A DNA stretch of 63,590 bases, counting the filler, from Octopus bimaculoides (Eukaryota), in assembly GCF_001194135.2 (NCBI RefSeq). It is 6 parts of 6 records of this genome, joined end to end, with 100 filler letters (N's around TTAATTAATTAA, not from the genome) between each part and the next. Parts side by side here need not be neighbours in the genome. Positions count along the whole stretch, not along the records: positions 1 to 16,121 come from NC_068984.1; 5 more parts are not named here. One strand, written 5' to 3'. The translations under genes and the position numbers were made by a program. This document shows positions 1 through 13,309 of the stretch, in pieces. Position 1 is the first letter of the stretch; the number at the start of each line of letters is the position of its first letter. The notes under the pieces are model-generated. The model saw nothing but the letters and a program-made list of their open reading frames with translations. It did no database searches and had not been told where the DNA came from.

Positions 1-89
1 TGTATATATATATGAATGTATATATATATATATATAGACATTCATAATACAGACGATACACACACACACATATAAATATAAATACATTC

Positions 90-124
<35 letters not shown>

Positions 125-302
125 GAAATTTCCTGTAATATTTAAAAGCTTGATAGCTAATATTAGTAATCTAGTGTCTAACCTCTCTTCCTCTAAAGAC
201 ATTTTCGAGAAAGTTGTCCTCTATTATAACAATGCCTAGCCAATAATGGCTTCAAAGATAAACTAATATATAATTCCTCTTCTAATTATCAGAATGATAA
301 TG

Positions 303-335
<33 letters not shown>

Positions 336-356
336 CTAGTGGCATCAAAGATGAAG

Positions 357-564
357 TAATCTTTTCTACTCTAGGCACAAAGCCCGAAATTTTGGGGGAG
401 GGGGTCAGTCAATTAGATCAACCCCAGTACACAACTGGTACTTAATTTGTCGACCCCGAAAGGATGAAAGGCAAAGTCGACCTCTGCGGAATTTGAATAC
501 AGAACGTCAAGGCAGACAAAATACCACTAAGCATTTCACCTGGTGTGCTAACGTTTCTGCCAGC
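357..564 (-). mobile_element. tRNA-derived SINE, family M (Meta-domain-like centre)
   Basis: Minus strand reads gctggcagaaacgttagc...ttcaaattccgcagaggtcgactttgcctttcatcctttcggggtcgacaaattaagtaccag...ggctttgtgcctagagtagaaaagatta. The same family recurs at 45917-46138, 56541-56820 and 59859-60073. Confidence 0.85.
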
Positions 565-597
565 AACCCCTTTAGTATTTACCAGAATAATGATGAT

Positions 598-1560
598 TAA
601 GAATAGGCCAAGGAAAATTATTTGGTCCACCCCACCCTTTTCCCTTAGTATAAAAACTAACATAGGTAAAAGATTCCTATCTCTCCTAGACAAACACTTT
701 CCAACAACTCACAGGTACAGGAAAATATTTAATAGGCGTTCTGAAATTATCATATAGTTGCTGTCCCAGTAGGAAGAGTATAATTACATGTGGTCAATAT
801 CAAGAGCCTAAATCCAGTTACAGCTCTCGCGACTCATGGTTCTGTTCACTTGACCAAACTATATATGGTTAAATCTATCATATATGAAACAGAAGTTACT
901 GCAACCCTAAATATTAATACAACAGATAAGAAGGTCTGTATTGGATTATGTGAAGGACAGTTAAAAAATCGCTATGCGAATCACATAACCTCCTTCCGAA
1001 ATAAGAACAAAAGCAAAGCTACTAAGTTGGCTAGCTATATATGGAATTTGAAAGATAACGAAACATCACAAGTGATTAAGTGGAAGTTAATTGAGAAATC
1101 CATACATTACGTTAATGGATCGAATAAATGCATGTTTTGTTTAGCTGAAAGAGTGCAAATCCTGTTCAGATCTAAGATCCTTAACTCTCTACTGAACTCT
1201 AGGTCATAAACTTTCAGGGGTTGCAGACATATGTATAAATATATTTTGAAGAATTGGAAAATTCCGCCTATCTTCGATTAACTTGTTGATATCTTTCCAG
1301 CCTTATAATTTGAGTTCTAAGGAGGATAACTCTTTTCCCTTTTTACTTTTTGCTTTTAGAGTTTAGATTTTGTGTTTTAGTTTTTCGTTTTCTATTTTTT
1401 ACCCTCTACGTTTTCTATATGCTGCCTTCTCAGTTTTTTCCCCCCGCTTCTTCTCTTATTCAATTATTTTAGGTTGTTATATGTAGTCTGTGCCTAAAGA
1501 ATATGTTTGAGATATATCTCAACATATGAAACTATTAGTAGCACTTAAGAAATTTGGAAT
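598..1560 (+). mobile_element. Penelope-like element 3' fragment: linker plus GIY-YIG endonuclease pseudogene and 3' UTR
   Basis: Frames give [33 protein letters not shown]...IFNR, KSIIYETEV...CIGLCEGQLKNRYANHITSF...TKLASYIWNLK...IKW...CMFCLAE...LLNSRS and CRH. This is the WFNPP-linker type of PLE C-terminus. It is frameshifted, with an HHR in the 3' UTR. Confidence 0.85.
1490..1544 (+). ncRNA. Minimal type I hammerhead ribozyme motif, G5A core lesion
   Basis: gtgc-CTAAAGA-atatgtttgagatatatctcaacatat (stem II hairpin)-GAAA-ctattag-TA-gcac. Stem I is gtgc/gcac. Confidence 0.7.
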
Positions 1561-2993
1561 TGTGTAAATGTATGAATTTTAAACACACACACACACACAG
1601 AAAATCTGCCTTTTATAGATAAGATACATACATATTATGTATATATGCATATACACAGAAGATACATACATTCATTTATATATATATGTATATGAATGTT
1701 TGTATCTTCTGCGTATATGCATATATATACATACGTTTGTATGTATATACAATGTGGGAGGTACTCGCATATCACCGACTATTGTATCAAAGTAACATCA
1801 TGGAGTAATGCGCATAACAAATTATGTGACATCTCACTAAAGTAGGACATGCAGCAAATTTTTATTCGTGACTTGTTCAATGCAAAGCATCAACTAATCA
1901 CAATATCGTATAATGTATAACTTATTTAACGTGGATATACAGTAGAAAACCGCAACACTGCAATATTTGTCAGTAACAGACAGAAAGGTTCCCGTAGCGC
2001 TGGTGGAATTGCTAAAGCCGGATTTCTGTGTCCTTGCGTATCATCAGTAACAAATATCCACTACCAACTGTATGGTTAGACAAATTTTACTTGATGTAGC
2101 GAATTATTGATGTAGAAAATTATTGATTTACAAGTCACTGGTGGCGTAAATAGCTGGCTGGCCGGCTGGCTGACTGGCTGGCTGGCTGACTAGCTGGATT
2201 AAAAACTCGCTTTTAGTAACGGAAGCAGTATTAATTCAGAATATCTTTCTGTATAGCTTCCTTAGTGTGGATATACAATAGAAAGTTAAAACATTGTGGT
2301 ACTCATCATGAGAAAATATCTCGTATAGACCTATAGTACTAAAAAGTACAGAAATGTATCAGCTGCAGACGAAAGGCGTTCAGCAGTGCCAATGGAATTG
2401 CTAAATCCGGGTTTCTGCGTCTTTGTATTAGGGTTTCTGTTTCTTGCAATGCCAAAAAATACTGAATAGATGAAAAGACATGATCCACCAAGTTCTTTTC
2501 ATTGTTTACTCATGAGAAGCTTTGAATTCCAGGTTTAATCATTTGACTTCAAATTCATTCCGGAAATAAAGCGATTGTATCGAGCAAAATTTCTTGACTT
2601 TGATGTGACTTGCTGTATTTAATGGTTGATTTTTGTAACATTGCAAAGTTTTGTTGGAATTAAAATGTAGTGTAATGATAAGTCGGCTGCTATTTCTAAA
2701 ACATCTAATGGTCTCTTTCAACAGCTCAAACATACATGTATACATACATACATATATACATACATTAGAAAGTAAGGTATCATATGAGGACTATTCGTCT
2801 GCTCTTTTCAAAAGGTCAGGCCGTGCCCCTCCAACTACATCATGAATGGGCTGAAGGTTCATAGAAGGAAGCATGTAGAAACTCCTTCGATGGATAATAC
2901 ATACATACCTATATACATACATACTTACACACACACGCACACACACACACACACACGCACACACACACACGCACACACACACGNNNNNNNNNN

Positions 2994-3044
<51 letters not shown>

Positions 3045-3410
3045 TGACAGCTAATACCATTTAGTCCAGCAACAGTGTATTAGTTCCCGCGAGAACATCT
3101 TTCGTCGGGAAATGGGAAAAGCAAGTGATTCCTTCTCGTGAAACACACCAAAGAAATAATAATAAGTAAATAATAAGTAAATAAAATATTTACCTTTATT
3201 GATAGCAATGTCAAAAATTTTAATAATTCAAATATTAACGTTTGTATATTTTGCATCTCAAAACAAATGTCGTGGTCACTTTCCTATCGATGTAGCAAAT
3301 ATTTTGTAGCTACTGAATAACACACCAGGATACACACGCAGAAAAAAACATGTGTTTACATGTGTGCGTGTGTGTGTGTGTTTGTATGCTACCTATATGT
3401 GTGCATGTGT

Positions 3411-3791
3411 GGAGGCGCAATGGCCCAGTGGTTAAGGCAGCGGACTCGCTGTCATAGGATCGCGGTTTCGATTCCCAGACCGGGCGTTGTGAGTGTTTAT
3501 TGAGTGAAAACACCTAAAAAAGCTCCACGAGGCTCCGGCAGGGGATGGTGGCGAACCCTGCTGTACTCTTCCACCACAACTTTCTCTCACTCTTTCTTCC
3601 TGTTTCTGTTGTACCTGTATTTCAAAGGGCCAGCCTTGTCACACTGTGTCACGCTGAATATCCTCGAGAACTACGTTAAGGGTACACGTGTCTGTGGATT
3701 GCTCAGCCACTTACACGTTAATTTCACGAGCAGGCTGTTCCGTTGAACCCTCGACGTCGTAAGCGACGGAGTGCCAACAACAAAAACAAAA
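3411..3791 (+). mobile_element. tRNA-derived SINE, family A, full length with 14-bp TSD
   Basis: Head ggaggcgcaatggcccagtggttaaggcagcggactc...ggtttcgattccc carries A and B boxes, and the tail is gccaacaacaaaaacaaaa. Flanking direct repeat atatgtgtgcatgt at 3395-3408 and 3792-3805. Confidence 0.9.
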
Positions 3792-3923
3792 ATATGTGTG
3801 CATGTATGCGTGTGTCAGGTGAAATCCGAATTTCTCTTGTTTTCAATTTTTATTCTTTAGTTTTTCTTTGTTACTTCTTTAGTTTCTTACTACTCGTGAC
3901 ACGAGATTATATGTTCGATGATC

Positions 3924-3960
3924 ATGACTGAGGAGTTACGGTTTCAAACGTATGTCTCAT
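3924..3960 (+). ncRNA. Degenerate minimal hammerhead motif
   Basis: atga-CTGAGGA-gttacggtttc-AAA-cgtatg-TC-tcat. Stem I atga/tcat is perfect; G12 is missing. Confidence 0.5.
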
Positions 3961-4205
3961 ATTTCCAAATATGGTTTTAGGTTTTCAAATCAGATCTTGT
4001 TATTTCAACTCTGGTGTTAGAATCTCGAACCTTAATCTATTTGCACTTAATTGTTGTAAGGCTTTATATTAACGTTGTCCTATCTTTGTGAAAAAAAGAA
4101 CCAAAAGCAAATATAAAGACAAACACGCATATTATGGTGTTTGTTCTGTGAATCAATATGCTAACGTATCTTTCGATCTGCATGTATCTGTGTGTGTGTG
4201 TGTGT

Positions 4206-4248
<43 letters not shown>

Positions 4249-6164
4249 CCCTTCTATGTCAATGCATGCATGCGTTTGTGTGAGGAATGAAGAGCAAGGA
4301 AGACAGAGAGATATATAGGGAGGTACATATATAAGTGTGTATGTATACTTATACAAATATACAGCGTTAAAGTTTAGATAGAAAATGCATTGACCAGAAT
4401 AAATCTACGATCAAAACTTAATCTAGAAGCGAGGATAAATAAAATATGATATTAAGAATAAGTGAAAAATATATGGTAGATCTAAGATACTGCGAAATAG
4501 CTGCTACGACTGTGCTGACAAGGTTTCTAACAGACACACACACACAGACGCACACACACATACATACATACATACATACATACATGAGTTTTACGCCATA
4601 CAGAATGTCAATGTGGGGTTCAAGTCGCGAGAAAGGAATTCACTTTAAAGAAACTACATACTCTAGACATATATTGAGCACTCTCTTCATTCGTCGATAA
4701 AAGTAATATTTGAATATGTTCTGTCAGTGTGTAATTTAATGCCATATATCTTGTGTAATAGGTTTAAGTCGTCCATTTCTGACTCTTGCGCAACATTAAC
4801 GAAAGTCATGCTGTTACAAGCAAATTCAACAAGCATTTTATCTGTCTTACCCAGTTTGTATAGAAACCTCCGTTCCGCTCCTGGTCTAAACAGGGTCAGC
4901 TGTAAAAGATGCGCTCCAGAATACACTAAAACTTCTCAAATAATTAGTTAATATCATTGAAGGTTTTTCTACCACCTAAAGCATAATCTCATAATCCAAC
5001 GAATATGTGGATTTTTGTACAGTCCTTGAGAGGCCCGCGACTTCCAACTGGTCTGTTTATGAAGATACTAAATCTGGTAATCCATAATCCATGTCTTCAT
5101 TTCTTCCACTTGATACTAACGCAGAAACTTTACAGTGACACTGAAACAACGTTCACTATTCCTCTTTGATATACATACCTCACAATCGAACTCCCCAACT
5201 CACATCTATTGGCCAAGGAGACCCCTATTTACTTTCCAGAGTTCCCCCATTCCTCAACAAACACCTAAAATGGCTCTGTAAGTAACACTCCTGCATATAA
5301 TGCCAATACATTTTCTAAGATATTCTTTCTCGTGTACTACCTCCTCTGATGTACTTGCATTAAATTCGTTATAGTTCTTGTAACAACTGAAATCTGGCGA
5401 CTGCATACGAACTAACGGTCTGTCGAAACCTACCTCTTAGCCAAAACGTTAGAGACTTAGCAGCATTTTGTATCAGTCTTGGAAGAAGGGAAGAAAGCAA
5501 CTGATTATAAACATGCAAATAATTACCAAAAAAAAAATCAGATAAAAGAAAACTTTCTTCAAAATACTAACTAAAAAAAAAGAAAATAAATTCGTGTCGA
5601 ATATTTTACCATATTCAAAAGAATGTGAAACTAACTCATAAATACGATGAAATAATATAATATATCCTAACTTAATTTAAAACTAATTTTAGAATCTTGC
5701 ATATAAAATCTTAACGATTAGAAAATTATTGACCAACACATGAGGAAATTTCAATCTGAAAGAATGATTGGGAGATGCACCAACGTACAAAATCTAATTC
5801 GTACAAATTTAAGTGAAAATATAAAAGTTATTATCTTTCTAATTTTTCAATCTGTCAGTGAAGAAAATATTACATTATCTTTTTATCTAACTATTGTTCA
5901 AAAATATCACATACAAAGTACTATAAAATAAAGATCTATGTACGGAAATTTCATAAGATGATATTGTATTTCCTATTAATCTAAGGCGCTCAATTGGTAA
6001 AAAAGTAAAATTAACTTACTGTATCATATTTCATATTTCTATGTTCTAAGTTCAGATTATGCAGAATCTTCCATTTACCTTTTGTATGAGGGGGTGAGGT
6101 GCATAAATTATGTGCTGGTAATAAAACAAATGGCTTGGTCAATCGTTTGATAAGTAAATCTGCT

Positions 6165-6213
6165 GCCTTATCAGAGTCCTTTCGTCGCACTTTGGGACCT
6201 CATCAGTGACTTA
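6165..6213 (-). ncRNA. Hammerhead-like motif with intact core and decayed stem III/I
   Basis: Minus strand taagtca-CTGATGA-g-gtcccaaagtgcgac-GAAA-ggactctgataagg. Confidence 0.5.
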
Positions 6214-6431
6214 CCCTCCACTGCTCCAGGATTGCCACAGTCACAAACTAGATTTACTGTTTCCCAAAGTACAACATCAGTTTCACACCAAAAACCATGC
6301 AAAATAAATGCAAGGAAATTACACTTCCATAATTTAATTCATAACACTGATATTTTCAGATTCGAGGAGGTACCTGTGGTAAAGCCATTTAATTAAAAGA
6401 AAAGGAAAAGAAAATTAGTGACTATGGTATC

Positions 6432-6468
<37 letters not shown>

Positions 6469-6923
6469 ATTTTAAGTATGAATTACCTATAAATTGTTGT
6501 AGCATGCTGACTACCCGATGAAAATCATTAACGTGATTTTATCCTTATATTTTATTATAAATTAATATATACACACACGCACACACATATATATACTCAC
6601 ACAGACATATATATATTCCATTTTTATATGTATATATATATATGTCCTCTCTGACGGTCACTCGTTGTGGTTTGTGTGCATATGCTTAAATGCATTCAAA
6701 TGTATTTGTACGAGCCGAGCAGAGAGATGTATATTCATGAATATGCAGTGTTTGTATTTCATTAGACGGCAGGCTGCCACTCGCGTGCGTGAGTTTCACC
6801 GAACAGATTGGTAACGGAAGAAGAGAGATTGTAATACAGTGAAGTTGTGTGCGTGTCAAAGCAAAACTGGAGAGGTGTCAGTCGGGGTTACTGGTATGTA
6901 TGGTGGGATGGTTTGCCGTTTAC

Positions 6924-7130
<207 letters not shown>

Positions 7131-7488
7131 TGTACGCACACATGTATGAGCGTGTTCGTATGTGTGTGCGTGTGATTTATGTCTTGTTAGATGATAGCCG
7201 TCTCATTCGAGAAGGGTATCATCTGTCTACTAGTTTACAGTGAGATACGCTTGAACGACACATATGCTACTCTTTAAGTATCCGTGTTTAAATATCCAGT
7301 GACAAGCATGAGCAGGATGACCGGAAACGATTTCAAGAGCGGGTTTTATATCAGAAAACATAGCCACTAGATTCTTCCCGTAAAAGGATACCCAGAAGTC
7401 AATTAGGATTTATTTTTGGAATTTTTTTGCTTTAGCGTGACCCGAAACAAATACCTGGGTATTTTTATGTCCTCAGAAAATATATGCT

Positions 7489-7588
<100 letters not shown>

Positions 7589-9599
7589 TGTGTTTCTGTG
7601 TGATTGCGTGTGCGTATGTATGTTTATATGTGTGTGGTTTCTTTTTTTTTTCTCCCTTTTTGAAGTTAAAAAATATAATATTCAAATCAATTTTTTAATT
7701 TAAATTTGATTTTTATTGCTATTGTTATATTCAGATTTCTATAATGCCCCAGTTTCCCATATATCCATTGGCTTTAAATAATAATAATTGAAACCGAACT
7801 GAAGAAATATTTATAGACTCATAGCCCACAAACTTGCTTCTTTAATGCATAAAGGTTGACATTTTACATTTGCTTATAAGTCAACGAACGCGTACAGAGA
7901 AATATACTGACTAACAATCTTTACATGTAACCACCCCCTCTTATGAATATCAAAGCACAAGATAGACGAATTTTTATCCTAACACCATGGTGTACTTGAA
8001 TAATAACCTCCACTTTCCAAATACAAATAGGAATTACTCTAAATAACATGAACAAGTAAAGAAACTTATTGACCAGCTACAACGTACCATCTATTTACAC
8101 CCTTTTGTGAGCCCTTAAAAATTCCATAGCAAAAAAAGTTGAGACGCCCAATTTCTAAGTCTTTAAATGCTTGACTAAAATTTGAACTCTTACTTTTACA
8201 TTGCCAAAGCAAAAGATTAAATCGAATAAAACCGAAAATAATTAAACTAACGACACATCGACTGACCAAAAGAGTTCCGCTACTTACTTATTTCCTATAA
8301 ACCACTAAAAAGTTATCTCATGGCCTGAAACTGACGCACCTAAATAAACACACAAAATGAATAAATTCTGAACAATAACATAACCCCAAATCTAATCAAT
8401 AAGAATTCTCCAAAACACCTTTCCATCACAACCCACCCTACAAACTAATTACGATTCAAGTGAACCCCACAAACCTCAGAAAAAATTATGTAAAACCAAG
8501 ATTATTTTGATGTATCACACACCCATGATGGCTTAGCTGGCCGCACATTCGAGATCACTGTCAATACTTTTCTTGTTAAAGAATAATAAAGTCTTGCTCT
8601 ACAAAAGTATGGAGATTAATTCTTAATAGCGCATCGGTAAAGTTTTTTGGTTTTCATATTGCAATTTTATTTCTAGATGAAACAATCTACTCATTTCATT
8701 CAAATTAATTACGTATGCATTAATCATGTAATGCCTAGTAATGTCTGCATTTTAGCAATGGAAACAGCTGTTGCTCTTAACAATAAAATCTTAAAGCATC
8801 AATCACATTTTTGTATTTATTTTCTAAATAATTTGCTTTGATAACTTGGTTTAACCAGTTTAACTCGTTACAAACTCACTCCTACTGAATATATTGCATT
8901 GAAACAATTTTAATAAAAGTTGGGCACTTAAATTCAATTGATATATCTTTATATTGTTTAAGTACTAGTTCAAGATATGTTTGTGTATATGTGTGCGTAT
9001 GTATGTGTTATTCATCTTCATACATGTATGTGTGTGTGTATGTGAAGTTAGAAATTAAATAATTTGCTACTAGTATTGAAGTAGAATACTGTCTATTTTA
9101 TGGTCGCACCGTCAGAGTGAATAACCCCAATTTATAGTTTCAGCTCTATAAAGGCAAAGGCCTCCACAATGTCAATTGCTTCTCTTCAAGCCTACAAAAT
9201 AGAGGTAGAACCCAATATGCTTCACGGGTTCAACATCACTGACAATCTAGGTTATCTATCTCATGTACAAAGCCTTGTTTTTTCTCTGATCCAGATATAT
9301 TCAGGTGAAATAAGTCCCTAGATATTGAAACTAGCTACAGTAACTTAAAACTGGCTTTGCGAAGTTTCTCTTCTTTCCATCTTTCCGTTAACCATTTTAT
9401 CTATAGAGGCAAAATTACAGCCCTAATTTAAGTATGCAATATATACACAGGTGAAAATTTCGGAGAGATTCCACGTCGTGGTAAATGTAAAATAAGATAT
9501 AAGGTGAAAAAGCACGGAAATCATGTTTGTGTAGATAAAGATTATTTAATCCATTACAATATGTACAGAGTCGATCGGTCTCCCTTCGCTAATCCTGAC

Positions 9600-11880
9600 T
9601 CAATGTTATGAAATCATACGTTTTTGATTTCGTCTTGCGTAGGAGCAGGTATGATCCAATTTTGCGGTTATACAGAAAAGTATAGCTCAAAGGTGATAAT
9701 CAGTGAATATAATGTTTCTTTAGCTAAAGGGATAATCAGTGGATATAATATTTCGTAGCCAAAGTGAGGTAAATCTTTTTTTTTCCTTTTTTCTGGCTGT
9801 TTCTTTATTTGTGAATTCCATTATATAGTGAATTCCACTATTTAGTTGTTGTTGAGTTGAGGTCCTCTCCGTGCATTGGTATAGTGGGAATATTGTGAAT
9901 TGCAGTTGGTAAACCATAGCACATCTGGCTATGTGATCACAGAGTGGTATTTAACAGTATTGGGGTTGGTAGATTTGTTGTCTGTGTAAAATAGATCTAC
10001 GTCTTAGGGACATTCTTCTTGAACTTATGTAGTTCCTACTGCAAACGGAACATGTTATGACGTAGATCAGATTTTTAGAGGCGCAAATGTAGTCAATTTT
10101 AATTTTAAATTTTTGTCCTTGTTTGAAATAGAATTCGGAGCCTTCCATTATATTGGGAATGTTCCACAGTTCGGTCGTCCACATTTTTTAACTCTTGCTT
10201 CCATTATATTTTAGTATAGTTTTGCATTTGAGAGTATCCATTTTAGTGGTTTTGGCTGTTTGTTACTTTTACTAATTCTATGGGTGCGTAGAATTTCATA
10301 CAGCTTAGGGTCTTTATTCAGTATTGGAAGGTTTTGGATAAAAGTATTATATGCTTCGATGTTTCTGGAGGATGTATGTGGAAATATACGCTAATATTTT
10401 TAGAGTGGGTGTGTTGTTGTGTTTGACTTCTCTTAGTCTTTGTATATTAATTATTTTTGCACGTTTTATCTCATCATCTATATGCGAAGTTGGGCAGTAT
10501 CTTTCGACGAGTGTGTTTTTAGATTCTTGTAGTTCTCTGGTGTGTTTTTTCCGACACTATAGTACAGATTCTTCTCCTCAGATTGAATAGGATCTTTATT
10601 GTAATATGTCTCGGGTGGCATGAGCTAAATAACAGGTATTGTTTCGAGTCTGTAGTTTTGTAAAATATGTTGGTTTCTAAATTTTTTTACTTTTTGATTA
10701 GTATATCTAGGAAAGGGAGTTCCTTATTGTTGTGTTCCATTTATTTGTATTTATGCTATTGAGAAGTCTTTTAAATTTCAAAAGTTACTCCATGTTCTCA
10801 TTCCATAGAATGAAACCGTCATCCAAATATATTTTCCAGTTTTCCTTTATGTATTGGGAAAAGGAATTTCCGAATTTTGTGGGTGACTCCTGATATAACG
10901 TTAGTTCCAAATAGACCATTGTCAGGTTTGGAAGAATGGGAGCTGCCTTAGTTTTCATCGCAACTCCAATTTTTTTTCTCGGTATACAGTGGTGTCAAAT
11001 AGAAAGTGATTTTGCCGGAGAATAAATTTCAATGATTCATTTATGAACTCTTTGCTAATACGTTCCGGTATTTCTTCTGGATAATTTCCCAGCCAGAACT
11101 GAGTTGCTACTAATCCATAAATATGGGAGATATCAGTATACAGGTTTGCAACATCAAAAGAGACCGTAAGTGTTTTTCCTTTACTCTTTTTGTGGGGTAG
11201 TTTGATATGGCCAAATCATCTCTAATGTAACTTTTAATGTATTTTAGAAGTGGTTTCAAGAGGATGTCACTGAAGTAACTCAGTCGGTGCGTTTCACAGG
11301 ATGGTCCAGCTATAATGGGCCTTAGTTCAAGGTCATACATATAACCACTGGTGTGGGTATATGTATGACTTCGGTGATTTTTAATTGCTTCATTCATAAT
11401 ATGGCTTTTATGAATTTTCGGTAAGCCATAGAAGTGGCTGGGTCTACATTTAAAGGTAGTTATGTATTCTATTTCTTTTTTCATCAAGCCTTTTCCTCTT
11501 TTTCGTGTAGTTGAGCTAATGTCGAGAGACTTTTCATTATTCTTTGGGGTTTGTAGTCTTCGATATTTTCGTAATAGTCTTCATTATTCAGCATGTATAT
11601 TACTAGATTATTGTAGTAATCCGTGTCCATCATTACTATCGCAATCCTTTTTTCGTCTTCGTTAATCTTTAATGCCGCATCATTTTGTAATTCAATTAAT
11701 TCTTTCCATTGGTTAGTGCTGAATTTTGAGTTAATTTTTTGCTTGTTCAGGGTGTGGTAGGGGAAGTTTTCAATGCGGTTACAGAAATCGTCGATTGTTT
11801 TATTTCTACGTTTGTGTCGAATGTAGTTACTTTTTTTTTAACTAGTTAATCATCTTCAATATGAGAGTTAATTAGTGTGT
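9600..11880 (-). mobile_element. Penelope-like element (Neptune-type) RT plus GIY-YIG pseudogene
   Basis: Minus strand gives AIVMMDTDYYN, FYGLPKIHKS, LRPIIAGPSCETHRLSYFSDILLKPLLKYIKSYIRDD, DVANLYTDI, WKIYLDDGFILW (YLDD about 10817-10828) and EN GSEFYFKQGQKFKIKIDYICASKNLIYVITCSVC. There are multiple frameshifts and stops. Confidence 0.9.
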
Positions 11881-11886
11881 TTCTAA

Positions 11887-11936
<50 letters not shown>

Positions 11937-12802
11937 NNNNNNNNNNNNNNNNNNNNNNNNNNNNNNNNNNNNNNNNNNNNNNNNNNNNNNNNNNNNNNNN
12001 NNNNNNNNNNNNNNNNNNNNNNNNNNNNNNNNNNNNNNNNNNNNNNNNNNNNNNNNNNNNNNNNNNNNNNNNNNNNNNNNNNNNNNNNNNNNNNNNNNNN
12101 NNNNNNNNNNNNNNNNNNNNNNNNNNNNNNNNNNNNNNNNNNNNNNNNNNNNNNNNNNNNNNNNNNNNNNNNNNNNNNNNNNNNNNNNNNNNNNNNNNNN
12201 NNNNNNNNNNNNNNNNNNNNNNNNNNNNNNNNNNNNNNNNNNNNNNNNNNNNNNNNNNNNNNNNNNNNNNNNNNNNNNNNNNNNNNNNNNNNNNNNNNNN
12301 NNNNNNNNNNNNNNNNNNNNNNNNNNNNNNNNNNNNNNNNNNNNNNNNNNNNNNNNNNNNNNNNNNNNNNNNNNNNNNNNNNNNNNNNNNNNNNNNNNNN
12401 NNNNNNNNNNNNNNNNNNNNNNNNNNNNNNNNNNNNNNNNNNNNNNNNNNNNNNNNNNNNNNNNNNNNNNNNNNNNNNNNNNNNNNNNNNNNNNNNNNNN
12501 NNNNNNNNNNNNNNNNNNNNNNNNNNNNNNNNNNNNNNNNNNNNNNNNNNNNNNNNNNNNNNNNNNNNNNNNNNNNNNNNNNNNNNNNNNNNNNNNNNNN
12601 NNNNNNNNNNNNNNNNNNNNNNNNNNNNNNNNNNNNNNNNNNNNNNNNNNNNNNNNNNNNNNNNNNNNNNNNNNNNNNNNNNNNNNNNNNNNNNNNNNNN
12701 NNNNNNNNNNNNNNNNNNNNNNNNNNNNNNNNNNNNNNNNNNNNNNNNNNNNNNNNNNNNNNNNNNNNNNNNNNNNNNNNNNNNNNNNNNNNNNNNNNNN
12801 NN

Positions 12803-12844
<42 letters not shown>

Positions 12845-13250
12845 CGTTTGTATATTCACATATGTATATGTCCATATATACTGTTAATATTCAAATGTTT
12901 TTATATTTTTATATGTACTTTTATGTATTTTTATGATATCAATATATGTTTTTGGGACAATTTTTAACTTAATTAAATCCGTATACATATGTGTTCATTG
13001 TAGTTTGGCTGATTTGAACTTTCTCCATTCCATTTATTATACTTGCTTAACGTCTCAGGCTCGACTTTGCTTAATGTCAAACGAATGGGAACGGAATACT
13101 CAAACTATGCTGTAGAGAATATGATTTTTATTAATATTTGAGTTGCGTGGCAAATTCCCAGTTTCAGTTATAATAAGAAATATCTATATACACACTCACA
13201 TACACACACAAGCATGACATATATACATATATAGTGTGTGTGTGTGTACG

Positions 13251-13309
<59 letters not shown>

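Noticed and set aside
3411-3490. tRNA-like heads as functional tRNA genes
   Set aside because: They are SINE 5' regions continuing into SINE bodies with TSDs, with no complete cloverleaf.
6765-6893. Acceptor plus GTGAGT/GTATGT donors suggesting an exon
   Set aside because: All frames of the long version contain stops, and there is no independent support.
7950-8560. Minus-strand coding-like stretch (ORF 8066-8269), possible old L1/Tx1 remnant
   Set aside because: No diagnostic motif could be matched convincingly.
9140-9340. Possible ancient CR1/Jockey RT remnant (QLYK...PNM)
   Set aside because: The similarity is too weak to call by eye.
11846-12936. Long ORFs of 250-350 aa spanning N-gaps, and the many YI/HT/CV-repeat ORFs
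   Set aside because: These are artefacts of N runs and dinucleotide microsatellites.
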